DNA of 64,000 bases, taken from NCBI RefSeq assembly GCF_009914755.1, contig NC_060926.1, one strand, 5' to 3'. Origin of the DNA: the human T2T-CHM13v2.0 reference genome, Homo sapiens. The notes under the pieces were generated by a model that made no database searches, had not been told where the DNA came from, and worked only from the letters and a program-made list of their open reading frames with translations. Made by a program: the position numbers and the translations under genes. Below are positions 26,601 to 39,683 of the stretch, in pieces (positions within the stretch are counted from its first letter, which is position 1; every line of letters starts with the position of its first letter).

Positions 26601-28773
26601 ACAATATCATATGAACCACTCTCTAAGATCACAGAGCAATAAAAATGAAATCAATATGAAGAAAATCACTCAAAACCATACAATTACATGGAAATTAAAC
26701 AACCTTCTCCTGAATGACTTTTGGGTAAATAATGAAATTAAGGCAGAAATAAAGAAATTCTTTGACACTAATGAGAACAAAGATACAACATACCAGAATC
26801 ACTGGGACACAGCTAAAGCAGTCTTAAGAGGGAAGTTTATAGCACTAAATATCCACTTCAAAAAGTTAGGCAAATCTTAAATTAATGACATTAACATCAC
26901 AACTATAGGAACTAGAAAGGAACTAGAGAAACAAGAGCAAGCCGACCTCAAAGCTAGGAGAAGACAAGAAGTTACCCAAATCAGAGCTATACTGAAGGAA
27001 ATTGAGATGCAAACAAACAAACAAACAAATAAAGATTAATTAATCTAGGATTTGGTTTTTTGAAAGAATTAATAAGATACAACAGACCACTAGCTAGACT
27101 AATAAAAAGAGAAAATCCAAATAAACACAATCAGAAATAACAAAGGGGACATTACCACTGACCCCACAAAAATACAAAAATCCCTCAGAGACTACTATGA
27201 ATACCTTTATGCACACAAGCTAGAAAACCTAGAAGAATGGAAAAATTCCTGAAAACATATAACCTCCCCAGATTGAACTAAGAATAAATTAAATCCCTGA
27301 ACAGACCACTACCAAGTTCTGAAGTTGAATCAATAATAAAGAGCCTAACAACCAGAAAAAGCCCAGGACCAAACAGTTTCACAACTGGATCCTACCAGTT
27401 GCATAAAGAAGAGCTGGTACCATTCCTATTGAAACTATTCCAAATAATTGTGGAGGAAGAACTCCTCCCTAACTCATTCTATGAGGCCAGCATCAACCTA
27501 ATACCAAAACTTGGCAGAGACACACACAAAATAATAAAACTTCAGGCTAATATCATTGATGAACACAGATGCAAAAATCCTCAACAAAATACTAGCAAAT
27601 GAAATCCAGCAGCTTATCAAAAAGCTAATTCACCCCAGAAATTAAGCAGGCTTTATGATCTGCATGCAAGATTGGTTTAACATACAAACACAAAAATCAA
27701 TAAATGTGATTAATCATGTAAACATAACTAAAAACAAAAACCCAATGATTTCCTCAACTGATGCAGAAAAGGCTTTCAATAAAACATTCCTTCATGTTAA
27801 AAACCTTAACAAACTAGACATTGAAGAAACATACCCCAAAATAATAAGAGCCATCTATGCCAAACCCATAACTAACATCATACTAAATGTGCAAAAGCTG
27901 GAAGCATTCCCCTGGAAAATTGGCACAATATAAAGATTCTATCTCACACTCTGATTTAACATAGTATTGGAAGTCCTGACCCAGCAATCAGGCAAGAGAA
28001 AAAAATAAAGGGCATAAAAATAGGAAGAGAGGAAGTAAAACTATCCCTGTTTGCAGATGACATGATTCTGTATCTAGAAAACACCATAGTCTCTGACCAA
28101 AAGCTCCTAGATCTGATAAACAACTTTAGCAACTTTTCAAAATACAAAATTGCAAAATACTTTGCAAATATTTTCAGAATGGGAGAAAATATTTGCAAAA
28201 TCAATGTACAAAAATTGCTAGCATTCCTATACACCAACAACAGCCAAGCTGAGAGTCAAATTAGGAATACAATTCCATTCACAATTGCCACAAGAAGAAT
28301 GAAATTCCTAGGAATACAACTAACCAGGGAGATGAAAGATCTCTACAATGAAAATTACAAAATTGCTCAAATAAATCAGAGATGACACAAACAAACTGAA
28401 AAGCTTTCCATATTCATGGACAGAAAGAGTCAATATTGTTAAAATGATAATACTTCTCAAAGCAATTTATAGATTCAGTGGTATTCCTGTCAAGCTACCA
28501 ATGACATACTTCACAGAATTAGAAAAAAAAAAACGATTTTAAAAGCCATATGGAACAAAAAAAGGCCTAAATAGCCAAAGAAATACTAAGCAAAAAGAAC
28601 AAAGCTGGAGATATCACTTTGCCCAACTTCAAACTATGCTACAAGGCTATGGTAACCAAAACAGAATGATACGGATATAAAAACAGATACACAGATCAAT
28701 GTAACAAAACAGCCCAGAAATAAGGCCACACACCTACAATAATCTGATCTTCAACAAAGACAACAAAAACCAG

Positions 28774-31102
28774 TGATATTGTTTTGATCTGTTTCCTGAC
28801 CCAAATCTCATCTCAAATTGTAATCCTGATGTATTGGAGGGGATCCTGGCAGGAGACGATTAATTCATGGGGGTAGTTCCCCCATGCTGTTATGATAGTG
28901 AGTGAGCTCTCGCGATCTGATGGTTTAAAAGTGTTTAGCAGTTCCCCCCACCCTCCTGTTACCATGTGAAGAAGGTCCTTGCTTCCCCTTCACCTTCCAC
29001 CATGATTGTAAGTTTCCTGAGGCCTCCCCAGCTATGCTGAACTGTGAGTCAATTAAACCTTTTTTCTTCATAAATTACACAGTCTCTGGTAGTCCTTTAC
29101 AGCAATGTGAAAATTGACTAATACAGAAAATCGGTACCAAGAGTTTGGGGCACTGCTGTAAAGATACCTGACAGTATGAAAGCAACTTTGGAACTGGGTA
29201 ACAGGTAGACATTGGAACAGTTTGGAGGGCTCAGAAGAAGACATGAAGATGTGGGAAAGTTGGAACTTCCTAGAGACTTGCTGAATGGTTTTGACCAAAA
29301 TGCTGATAGTGATATAGACAATGAAGTTCAGGCTGAGGTGATCTCAGATAGAGATGAGGAACTTATTGGGAATTGGAGTAAAGGTCACGCTAGCTATGCT
29401 TTAGCAAAGAGACTGGTGGCATTTTGCCCCTGCCCTAGAGATCTGTAGAACTTTGTAATTGAAAGAGATGATTTAGAGTATCTGGTGGAAGAAATTTCTA
29501 AGCAACAAAGTATTCAAGAGGTGACCTGGCTTTTTCCAAATGTTTACTGTCATATGTTTTCATAAAGAGATTATGTGAAATTGGAACTTTTGTTTAAAAG
29601 GGAAGCAGAACATAAAAGTTCAGAAAATTTGTAACCTCACCATGCAAGAGAAAAGAAAAACCCATTTTCTGGGGAGAAATTCAAGCCTGCTGCAGAAATT
29701 TGCATAAGAAACAAGGAACCAAATGTTAATAACCAACACAATGGGGAAAATGTCCGCACGGCATTTCAGAGATCTTCATAGCAGCCTCACCCATCACAGA
29801 CCCAGAGACACAGGACAGAAAAATGGTTTTATAGGCCGAGCCCAGGGCCCCACGGCTCTGTGCAGCCTCAGGATGTGGTGCCCAGCATACCAGCCACTCT
29901 AGCTCCAGCTATGGCTAAAAGGGGCCAAATTACAACTCAGGCTGTGGTTTCAGAGGTGCACATCCCAAGCCTTTGCAGTTGTCGTGTGGTGCTGGATCTG
30001 TGGATGCACAGAAGGCAAGAGTTTGGGAGCTTCCACCTAGATTTCAGAGGATGTATGGAAATGCCTGGATGTCCAGGCCAGGCAGAAGTCTGCTGCAGGG
30101 ATGGAGCCCTCATGGAGAACCTCTACTAGGGCAGTGCAGAGGGGAAATGTGGGGTTGGAGCCCCCACACACAGTCCCCACTGGGGCACTGCATAGTGGAG
30201 CTGTGAGAAGAGGGCCACCATCCTCCAGACTCCAGAATGGTAGGTCTACTGACAGCTTACACCATGTGCCTGGAAAAGCTACAGGCACTCAATGCCAGCC
30301 CGTGAAAGCAGCCATGGAGGCTGTAGCCTGCATAGCCACAGGAAAGGGCTGCCCAAGGCCTTAGGAGCTTACCTCTTGGGTCAGCATTTCCTGGATGTGA
30401 GACATGCAGTCAAAGGAGATTACTTTTAGAGCTTTAAGATTTAATGAGTGCCTTGCTGGGTTTCCAAATTGCATGTGGCTTGTAGCCCCTTTGTTTTGGC
30501 TAATTTCTCCCATTTGTATGGGAACATTTACCCAATGCCTGGGCCCCATTGCATCTTATAAGTAACTAACTTATTTTTTTATTTTACAGGCTCACAGGAG
30601 GAAGGGACTTGCATTGTCTCAGGTGAGACTTTAGACTTGGACTTTTGGGTTAATGCTGGAATGAGTTAAGACTTTGGAGGACTGTTGGGAAGGCATAATT
30701 GGTTTTGAAATGCGAGAAGGACATGAGATTTGGGAGGGTCCAGGGGTGGAATAATATGGTTTGGCTCTGTGACCACACTCAAATCTCATCTTGAATTTTA
30801 ATCCCCATATGTCAGAGAAGGGGCCTGTTGGGAGATTATTGAATCATGGGGGCGATTCATGCTGTTCTCATAATAGTGAGTGAGTGCTCACAAAATATGA
30901 TAGTAAAAAGTGTTTAGCAATTTCCCCAAGCCCTGTCACCATGTGAAGCAGGTCCTCACTTCCCCTTCACCTTCCAACATGATTGTAAGTTTCCAGAGGC
31001 CTCCTCAGGCATACAGAACTGTGAGTCAATTAAGCCTTTTTTCTTTATAAATTTCCCAGACTCAGGTAGTCCTTCATTGCAGTGTAAAAATGAACTAATA
31101 CA
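28774..31102 (+). mobile_element. Complete THE1 (THE1D-like) MaLR element: LTR-internal-LTR
   Basis: 5' LTR 28774-29125, internal region 29126-30751 ending in a purine tract (ggggtggaa), 3' LTR 30752-31102; TSD accag/gccag; host L1 resumes colinearly. Confidence 0.92.
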
Positions 31103-31887
31103 GCCAGCAACGGGGAAAGGAATCACCATTCAATAAATGGCGCTGGATAACTGGCTAACTGGCTATATGCAGAAGATTGAACCTGAACTCCTTCCTTACA
31201 TCATACACAAAAATCAACTCGAGATAGATTAAAGACTTAAATGTAAAACCTAAAACTTGCAAAATCCCTGACAGATAACTTAGGAAATACCATTCTAGAC
31301 ATAGGAACTTGGTAAGATTTTACGATGAATATCCCAAAAGCAATTGCAACAAAAATAATAATTGACAAATGGGACTTAATTAAACTAAAGAGCTTCTGGA
31401 CAGCATATCAACAGATTAAAGAGTGTACAGAATGAGAGAAAACATTTGCAAACTATGCATCTGACAAAAGTCTAATATCTGAAATCTATAAGGAAATTAA
31501 ACAAATTAACAAAGAACAAACAACCCCATTAAAAAGTAGGCAAAGAACGTGAACAGACACTTTTCGAAGAGAAGATATACACACAGCCAACAAGAATATG
31601 AAACAATTCTCAGTGTCACTAATTATTAGAGAAATGCCAATCAAGACCACAATGAGAAACCATCTCTCACCAGCCAGAATGCATATCATTAAAAAGTAAA
31701 AAAATAACAGATCATGCTGAGGTTGCAAAGAAAAGGGAAGCTTATACGCTGTTGGTGGGAGTGTAAATTAGTTCAGCCATTGTGGAAAGCAGTTTGTTGA
31801 TTTCTCAAAGAACTCAAAATAGAATTACCATTCAATCCAGCAATTCGAATATTGTGTATGTTCCCAAAGATAGAGAAATCATTCTAC

Positions 31888-32245
31888 ACAATGTGGACAT
31901 AAACATGTTGCCCTAGCTTAGGTCAGCAATGTAGGCAAATAGATTGAGCTTGTAGCTGATGCCCTCAGGGGTCTTGACCTTGACCTCCTTGAGCTATATG
32001 AGGGCCCTGACAGCCTTGGCTAGTCCATTCATGTCCTTGGTGTTGTTGACCTGCATCTTTTTTAAGCCCTTCTTTTCCTTCATGGCAAAGCACACATTCC
32101 TCACGAACTTAGGGCCCACTCCCTTAAGAGATTCATATCCTTGTAATCAAGGTCTCTTGATGCCATTTCTGTGCCATTTTGGGGACTATTTGTGCATGGT
32201 GTTGTTCTTGAACTTGGCCATATCTGCACCATAAACTGCAGCTCC
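31888..32245 (-). pseudogene. RPL29P: RPL29 processed pseudogene, 3'-truncated
   Basis: ATG at 32221 reads [40 protein letters not shown]...[11 protein letters not shown]...AYIADPKLG, colinear with RPL29 ([39 protein letters not shown]...); intronless, three in-frame stops, 5'UTR-like ttatggtgcaga; copy number not determinable. Confidence 0.93.
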
Positions 32246-32254
32246 TCTACCTGT

Positions 32255-32812
32255 GCTTCTTTATGGTCATTCGCAGACATGTGCAGAGCAGCCAAAAATT
32301 CAGATCATCCAATGTGCATGTTGTGAGCTGAGGTCAAATCGAATGTTGCCCTGCCTTCTTTTTACAGCTCTCATACTGTAAACAAGTGAAATTTTCAGTC
32401 TATTTAGTGACACGTTTTTCATATTTTTGTTCATGCTTTCTGTTAGTGATTTTGCTATTTAAAATTGCCCCAAAGTATAGTGCTGAAGTGCTTGTCTAAT
32501 GATCCTAAGCACATGAAGGCTGTGGTGTGCCTTATGGAAAATATGTATGTTAGATATGCTTCATTCAGGCATGAGTTATACTGCTATTGGCTGTGTGTTC
32601 AGTGTTAATGAAAATACAATATCTTTTAAATAAGGTGTTGAAACATAAAACAAGGTTATATATCAACCAATTTTTTTAAAAAAATGTTGTTGCTAGACAC
32701 TCTCAGGAACCTAACTTTATATTTCCTGTAAGAATAGTGGTTCCGTATTTGCCAGTTCTATATTTGCAGTGACTTTATACCACATGGTGACTACGAATAA
32801 TAAAAATTGGCT
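32255..32812 (-). mobile_element. MER82-like Tigger-family DNA transposon
   Basis: caggaacctaac...gtgactttata...gaataataaaaattg matches the recalled MER82 end. Confidence 0.65.
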
Positions 32813-32829
32813 CTTCTTTTTTCCATTCC

Positions 32830-33169
32830 TTACACTATGAACAGCTATATACCCTGGATGTTGTGCATAAAACAAACAAGATTCAGAGAGGTGAGGAGAA
32901 AAAGGTAGATGGGCCAGGGACTTCAGGGCTCAAAGAGTAACATGACAGCAATTTTTCTGGAGTTTGTCATTTTTTTGCCTCATATATTCTGGATTAGTTG
33001 CAGAGGAAGCCAAGAACCCAGAATTGCCAATAGACACAGACCAACACAACCCCAAGAAAATCCTGTTCTACCAACCAAAGGACCGGGAAAGAGGCAGCCT
33101 AGCAAGAGAGAAAATGTTTAAACAATAGCCACTCTATTCCAGCCAAATAGCATGCGCGCATACGCGCGT

Positions 33170-33213
<44 letters not shown>

Positions 33214-34620
33214 CTATGACCCCATCCACCCCTACACCAGGAAAGACCAAGTGAAGAATCTAGAATTGCACCTTTGTGAGGCTGTAAGGAGTCACCCTAA
33301 CAACCCCACCACCACAGTGGTGTCCGAGAAGGGCAAGTAGGGAGCTGGGAGCAGCTCTGACCCCATGGCATCAGTGGAGAGATCCGAAGAAGATCATGGA
33401 CATCCACCCCACACTATATAATGAGGTTCCCCTCTCCCTCCACACTGAGGTAGTGCCAAAGACTACCTAGTGGAGAGTCATGACTTTTACCACCACTCAG
33501 CAATAATGAGGCCACTGTCTACCACCACCACCACCACCATGTTGGTGTCAGTGGAGGCTATGTGGGGAAGAGTAACAAGGCATCCTGCCCTTCCCAGCAG
33601 GGGTAGTATCAGTTGAAGTCTATTGGAGAGCCTAAATTTCCACTGCCCCCAGTAATAATGAGCAGTTTCACCTTTGCCTCTCAAGTGTCAATTAGGTGAG
33701 GCAGGGAGCCTGGACTTCTAACCCCCACCTGGCAGTAATGAGGTACCACTCCTCTTCACCCATCGTTGTTAGAGCAATGTCTTCTATTAAGAAAAGATTG
33801 AAATAAGATCCAGAGTCTTGTAATTCAATACCCAAAATGAGTTTCTATCAAAAAAAAAAAAACTTGCCTTATCGAGAACATGAAAATTCTCAACCTGAGT
33901 GAGAAAAGGCAATCAGCAGATGCAAACAATACAGATGCTAGAATTATCTGAAAATGATTTTAAAACAGCCATCATAAAAAAAGGTTGAAGAAGCAATTAC
34001 AAACAAGCTTGATACAACTAAAAAAATAGAAAATCTCAGCAAAGAATAAGAAATACAAACCAAAAAAATAAAATGAAAATTTTAGAATTCAAAAATACAA
34101 AACCAAAATAAAAAACTCAACAGATGGGTATAATGGCAGAAAACAAGAAACAAAGAAATAATATATGAACTCAAAGATGGAAAAATAAAAATTACCCTAT
34201 GTGAACAACAGAGAAAAAATAAATGGGAAGATAAAATGAGCCTCAAGGACCTGTGAAGCTACAACAAAAGATCTAGCATTTCTGTTATCAGTGTACCAAA
34301 AGTAAAGGAGTAAAGGGGTGGGGATAAAATACAGTCAAGAAAATAGTATTTTTTGAAAAAATACATAAACCTACAGATTTAAGAAGCTGAGCAAAACCCA
34401 AACAGGGTAAACCCAAATAAATCTATACCAATGCATCTTATAGTCCACCTTTTGAAACCTAAATACAAAGGAAAAATTGTAAAGGCAATGAAAGATAAAA
34501 GACACCTTATCTATAGGAAAGCATAATTTCTCACTGGAAAAAATGAAAGCCAAAAGGAAGTGGCACAATATTTTCAAGTACTGAAAACAAAAGAACTATC
34601 AACCCCCAATTTGTAAAAAA
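32830..34620 (+). mobile_element. Old L1M 5'UTR/ORF1 region
   Basis: Degenerate ORF1 motifs (cagatgctagaattatctg, cagatttaagaagctgagcaaaaccca). Confidence 0.6.
33150..33212. repeat. Alternating purine-pyrimidine tract, (CG)/(CA)n microsatellite
   Basis: gcatgcgcgcatacgcgcgtg followed by about (CA)21. Confidence 0.95.
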
Positions 34621-34844
34621 TGATAGTTAAAAATATGAGGATTTAAAAAAATAATTTTGAGATTGGTGCAAACCTTCCTTTCCAAGTAAGTCAGAAATCG
34701 AAGTCAGTTTTTTAAAAAGATTTACCAATTAGCTACAATAAAAATAAAATAATATAAAAAGTTAAAAGAGAGGCAGTAGCATAAAATGAATTGTTTGGAA
34801 ATATGCAAAAGATGAATTAATTCTGTAATTTATAAATTTAAAAT

Positions 34845-35280
34845 ATACCACCACTCACCCATTATGATGGCTACTATAAAGAAAAACAGAAAATAACAAG
34901 TATTGATGAGGATGTGGAAAAAATTAAAACCATTTTTCACTGTTGTTGGGAATGTGAAATGGTGTAGCCAACTATGGAAAACAAAAATTAAAAATAGAAT
35001 TACCAAAGGATCCAAAAATTTAATTTATATACCCCAAAGAATTGAAAGCAGGCTCTTGAAGAGAGATTTATGCACCCATGTTTATAGCAGCATTATTCAA
35101 AATAGCCAAAAGGTGCAAGAAACCCAAATGTCCATCAATGGATAAATGGATAAACAAAGTGTGGTATATACATACAGTGGAACATTATTCAGTCTTAAAA
35201 AAGGAAATTCTGACATACACTACAACAAGGATGAGACTTGCATACATTACGCTAAGTCACATAAGCCAGTACCAAGAATA
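34845..35280 (+). mobile_element. L1M (MA/MB) ORF2-end fragment
   Basis: gcacccatgtttatagcagcattattc...atggataaacaaagtgtggtatatacatac. Confidence 0.8.
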
Positions 35281-37120
35281 ACTGATAGCATTATGAATTT
35301 CCTTTCTAGGAAAGTTATTTTCATTTTAACTTGTGCCTGCCCAAATCATAGTTGGATACTAGTTAAGAAGACCTAGAAATATGTATGCTGGGAAATACCA
35401 GCCCCACATAATGACAAAAAAGCTGTCATCATTATTTTATACCTCTACATCCTTCCTAAGACAAGCAATGGTATCTGCTGGAGTTACAATTTTTTTCTTT
35501 TACTGAAGGGTCAAGAAGTTTTAAGAGAGGAAACATTATACAGGGAAAACAGAGGGAGGAAGTTACTCTTACAAACTCAGTCTCTAGTACAAACAGGGGG
35601 AAGGGAATTGCAGATTTTGGTTTTCTTTTGACTGCTCCCCCTCAAATGGCTTCATAATTTCCCCTGAATTCTCTTGTCAAGCCACCTAGTCTATCTTCAC
35701 CTTCCACCACCGGAGGCCCTCTTCCTCTCAGGCTTTCCTTCTCTGAAAGGAGAGGAATGGTTTATATTCCTAGGCATGGGAAAAGTGGCAATTGTTTCTG
35801 GTCCTAGTTTAGCTGCCACACAAGTAAGAACCGTAGTGATCTTCCTTACTAATCACCTAGAAAGAAAGCACACCTCACCAAAATGATAAGAACTTTTTTT
35901 TAGAGACACCATAGACAATTCTGATATTAGGAAAGTGTCTTCCTCATATTCCTATAAATTATCCCTGTTCCTTTGAAGCAATAATCCTAACATTAATGTG
36001 CTGGAAACATCTGATTCCTTCCTGGTTGCAGTTTACTTTATTGGAGTCATAATTTGTAGCTGTGAATGGCTCCCTGTTATCTATCTTTGGTGGGTGGCAT
36101 GAGCTGCAGATAGACTCTGTCTCATTCCCAACCCCATTCCTTGATAGAATTGGAATGATACAGAGTTTCAGTTCATATTGCTTTATATTTAGAAAATGAT
36201 TATACAAGATATGGATTATAAAACTTTTATACAGAACACATTTGATAGACATCTGTATTGTCATTATGTTTACCTTCACAACTACCCATAAGCACCCAGC
36301 TGCTTTGGACTCCACGTACATTCAGACAATAGGAGGAGCTGATGAGCATAGAGAGCTTTGTATGTAAGGCAAGGTGATTTTCCTTCTACAGAGTTTCCTG
36401 ATTCAATTATTCAAGTATCTCATCATTTTGAATAGTCAAGTTTTGCATAAAACATTCTTTTCTACTCCAATTTTTAAGTTAATTCTGCTCTGACCCAATG
36501 TATCAATAACACTGAATTCATATTTCTATGACAAGGAAATGATTATACATGCTTTGTAAAAATGTGAAGAGAAATAAATTATCTACATGTCTTATCAAAA
36601 AAAGCTGAATGTTCCTCTAGTTCTATTGATGAACACAGAATAACAAAAAATAAAAAATATAGAGATTAAATAAATTTAACACAAGACAAATTTCATATAA
36701 TATTAGAATAATAAGAATTATTCTAACATAATTGAGTTTAACTATTAAGAAAAGCATAGAGGCGCAGAAAGCTTTACAATATTTCCAAAATATAGATCTC
36801 CAAAATGACAAATTGACTACATACAGCACAATAAAATGCCAATAGAATAAAAAATGACAACAGATATGCTAATGATTGTTATACAGATATTACACTTATA
36901 CATTCATATTACACTAATTAGTGTAATATAAAGGAGAAGAAAAAAGAAGAGCAAAAGTAGAGAGAGGAATTAGAGAAGGAGGAGAAGACGAAAATGAGAG
37001 AAAAACAGGAGGAAAATATAAATTCATCTAAGGCATTAGGACAAGCTTCAAGAATTGAAATCAGTGTAAGAACGACTACAGAACAAGAATGCTCATCTTT
37101 GCATTAAAAAATGCTGCTGC

Positions 37121-37858
37121 TATTTACAATAGCAAAGACTTGGAACCAACCCAAATGCCCATCAATGACAGACTGGATAAAGAAAATGTGGCACATGTAC
37201 ACCATGAAATACTATGCAGCCATAAAAAAAGAATGAGTTCATGTCCTTTGCTGGGACATGGATGAAGCTGGAAACCATCACTCTCAGCAAATTAACACAG
37301 GTACAGAAAATCAAACACCGCATGTTCTCACTCATAAGTGGGAGTTAAACAATGAGAACACATGGACACAGGGAGGGGAACATGACACACTGGGGCCTGT
37401 CGGGAGGTGTGGGGCAAGAGGAGGGAGAGCATTAGGACAAATACCTAATGCATGCGAGCTTACAATGCTAGATGATGCCAGGCGCAGTGGCTCATGCCTG
37501 TAATCCCAGCACTTTGGGAGGCTGAGGCAGGCAGATCACAAGGTCAGGAGATTGAGACCATCCTGGCTAAAACGGTGAAACCCTGTCTCTACTAAAAATA
37601 CAAAAAATGAGGCAGGAGAATCGCTTGAACCCAGGAGGCGGAGGTTGCAGTGAGCTGAGATCAAGCCACTGCTCTCCAGCCTGGGCAACAGAGCAAGACT
37701 CCATCTCAAACACAACAACAGCAACAGCAGCAACAAAAAACCCTAGATGATGGGTTGATGGGTGCACCAAACCACCATGGCACACGTATACCTATGTAAC
37801 AAACCTGCACATTCTACACATGTATACTAGAACATAAAGTAAAATAAAAAAAATGTTT
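37121..37858 (+). mobile_element. 5'-truncated L1PA 3' end with an Alu inserted
   Basis: L1PA ORF2 end and 3'UTR; approximate TSD aatgct(g/t)ctgct. Confidence 0.9.
37478..37741 (+). mobile_element. Alu (Sc/Y-like) with ~45-50 bp internal deletion and CAA/CAG tail
   Basis: A-linker runs directly into tgaggcaggagaatc; TSD ctagatgatg. Confidence 0.9.
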
Positions 37859-38149
37859 AATGCTTCTGCTTTAATTTTGCATATATTTAAATATGATCAT
37901 TCCCTTGAGTCAAGGTGGGTGGGTTATAATCATGACAATAAATTTTTTTATGGTCTAAAACTGTAGAAAGACTTTCAAGTGCTTTTTCAAGGAAATTGCT
38001 CAAGGTCAATCACAATTACAAAAACAGACTAAAATTTGTCCTAAACATCTATGATATAATAGAATACAGATTAAAATGGTCCAAATCACTTCAAAAAGCC
38101 AGATACTTCGAAATATAAACTATTTAATAATATGTGACTTGCATTAACT

Positions 38150-38254
38150 AAATACTGTACTCCACCATTTTATATAAGAAACTTGAGCATCTGCTGATTG
38201 CGGTATCTGCTGGAGTCCTAGAACTAATTCTCTGAGGTTACAGAGGGCCAACTG
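38150..38254. mobile_element. MER2/Tigger3-like terminal fragment
   Basis: ttttatataagaaacttgagcatctg...cagagggccaactg. Confidence 0.6.
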
Positions 38255-38939
38255 CATTTCACTAAAATCGTTAACAGCTATAAGCTATGTGTGTTTTCAG
38301 ACATCATAGCCAAATAATCTGAAAATTGAGCAGTTTAAATATATCTCAATTTTTCTAAGAGGCTGAGGTTGAAGGTGAGCATTTGAAGAATGAGGCGGGA
38401 TATGATGACACTTTTGAAATTAGAGAACAGTTTGTTTTAACTTCAGTATCTTTCCTGATATTAGAACAAATCCCACAGCAAGCAATTTGCAAAGGCCTAC
38501 TAAGTACAGGAGGCAGGGTGATAACCACCATAAATTCAGTGACAACAAATCACACCAGTACAATCAAATTCCTTTTTACCCAGTGACAGACTTATCAATG
38601 TAGAGGAAAAAATGAAGTCAGATATCTTGGTTTTACAAGGTTTTTGGCATGACCCTCATAATACTCATAACAAAATAGTAAAATAGGTTTAAACCATAAC
38701 CTTGGGAGAGTGATTAGTGATTTTTCTTTGTTCAGCAATTACTCCATGAGGTGATGTATATCTGGGAAATTACCTAGATATTTTCCTAGAAAATATTTTT
38801 ATTAATGACCCATATTAAAATAGATGGCATTTTTATAAAATGCAGCATATCTAAAGAAAAATTAGAATTTAAATGATTACATTTAGAACAGTAAGAAGCC
38901 ATTTCCATTTGGTGGCCCTTGGAGTCTGTTTGTGAATCA

Positions 38940-39103
38940 TTTGCACAGTATATAATGCTATTTGCACAGTATATATTTGCACAGTATATAATGCTATTAT
39001 ATAGTAGTATATAATGCTATTATATATAGCATTATATATATACTATTATATAGTAGTTTATAGTGCTATTATATAGTAGTATATAATGCTATTATATAGT
39101 ATA
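38940..39103. repeat. AT-rich degenerate minisatellite
   Basis: Reiterated tttgcacagtatat and agtatataatgctattatatag units. Confidence 0.85.
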
Positions 39104-39566
39104 GAATGTGCAGGTTTTCCCTCTTTCTTTTCCATCTCCACTGGAATTATACCACATATTGAAATTCAAGATAAGGGCATTGCTCTTGGATCAATGGGAA
39201 GCTGTGGAATTTCTTGCTAGGAGACAGTGTTTTCCCTTTGTTGTTACATGGCGCTTTTGTGTTATGCCTTCACATGCCATGCTTTTTATTATTAATTGAC
39301 TGACCATAGGTAGTGCATTGGCAGGCATCACTCAAAATCCAGATGGATAACATTTCTGAAATGTAAGCAGATGATCTGAAAACTAGAAATCTATTTTAAT
39401 ACAAAATAATAGCTAGTTTGTGTCAAGATACAATTTGGATAGAGGAAAGAAAGTTTGTTGATGGTACTGGCAAATAATTCATTTAAATGCAAAGTTGAAC
39501 ATAATTTGAAAGTATTTCATTTAGGATACTTGTGGCTCCATTTATGAAACAGTTTAACATTTTATG

Positions 39567-39683
39567 TCAGCTTTGACAATAGGATTATGACAACATTATA
39601 ACATAAATTGTATATGTTTAGTTTATCATTGTATATCAGCTTTGACAATAGGAGTATGACAACATTATAACATAAAATGTATA
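39567..39683. repeat. 48-bp direct repeat (2 mismatches) with a 21-bp spacer
   Basis: tcagctttgacaatagga(t/g)tatgacaacattataacataaa(t/a)tgtata at 39567 and 39636. Confidence 0.9.

Noticed and set aside
29068-30549. Cluster of ORFs in both orientations
   Set aside because: Degenerate THE1/MaLR internal region.
31959-32295. ORF-track entries over the RPL29 region
   Set aside because: They are the antisense or wrong frame; the RPL29 frame has stops, so this is a pseudogene.
35959-36400. 120-aa minus-strand ORF with possible splice sites in unique DNA
   Set aside because: Could be a further 3' exon of the fossil gene, but the acceptor is weak and I see no recognisable motif.
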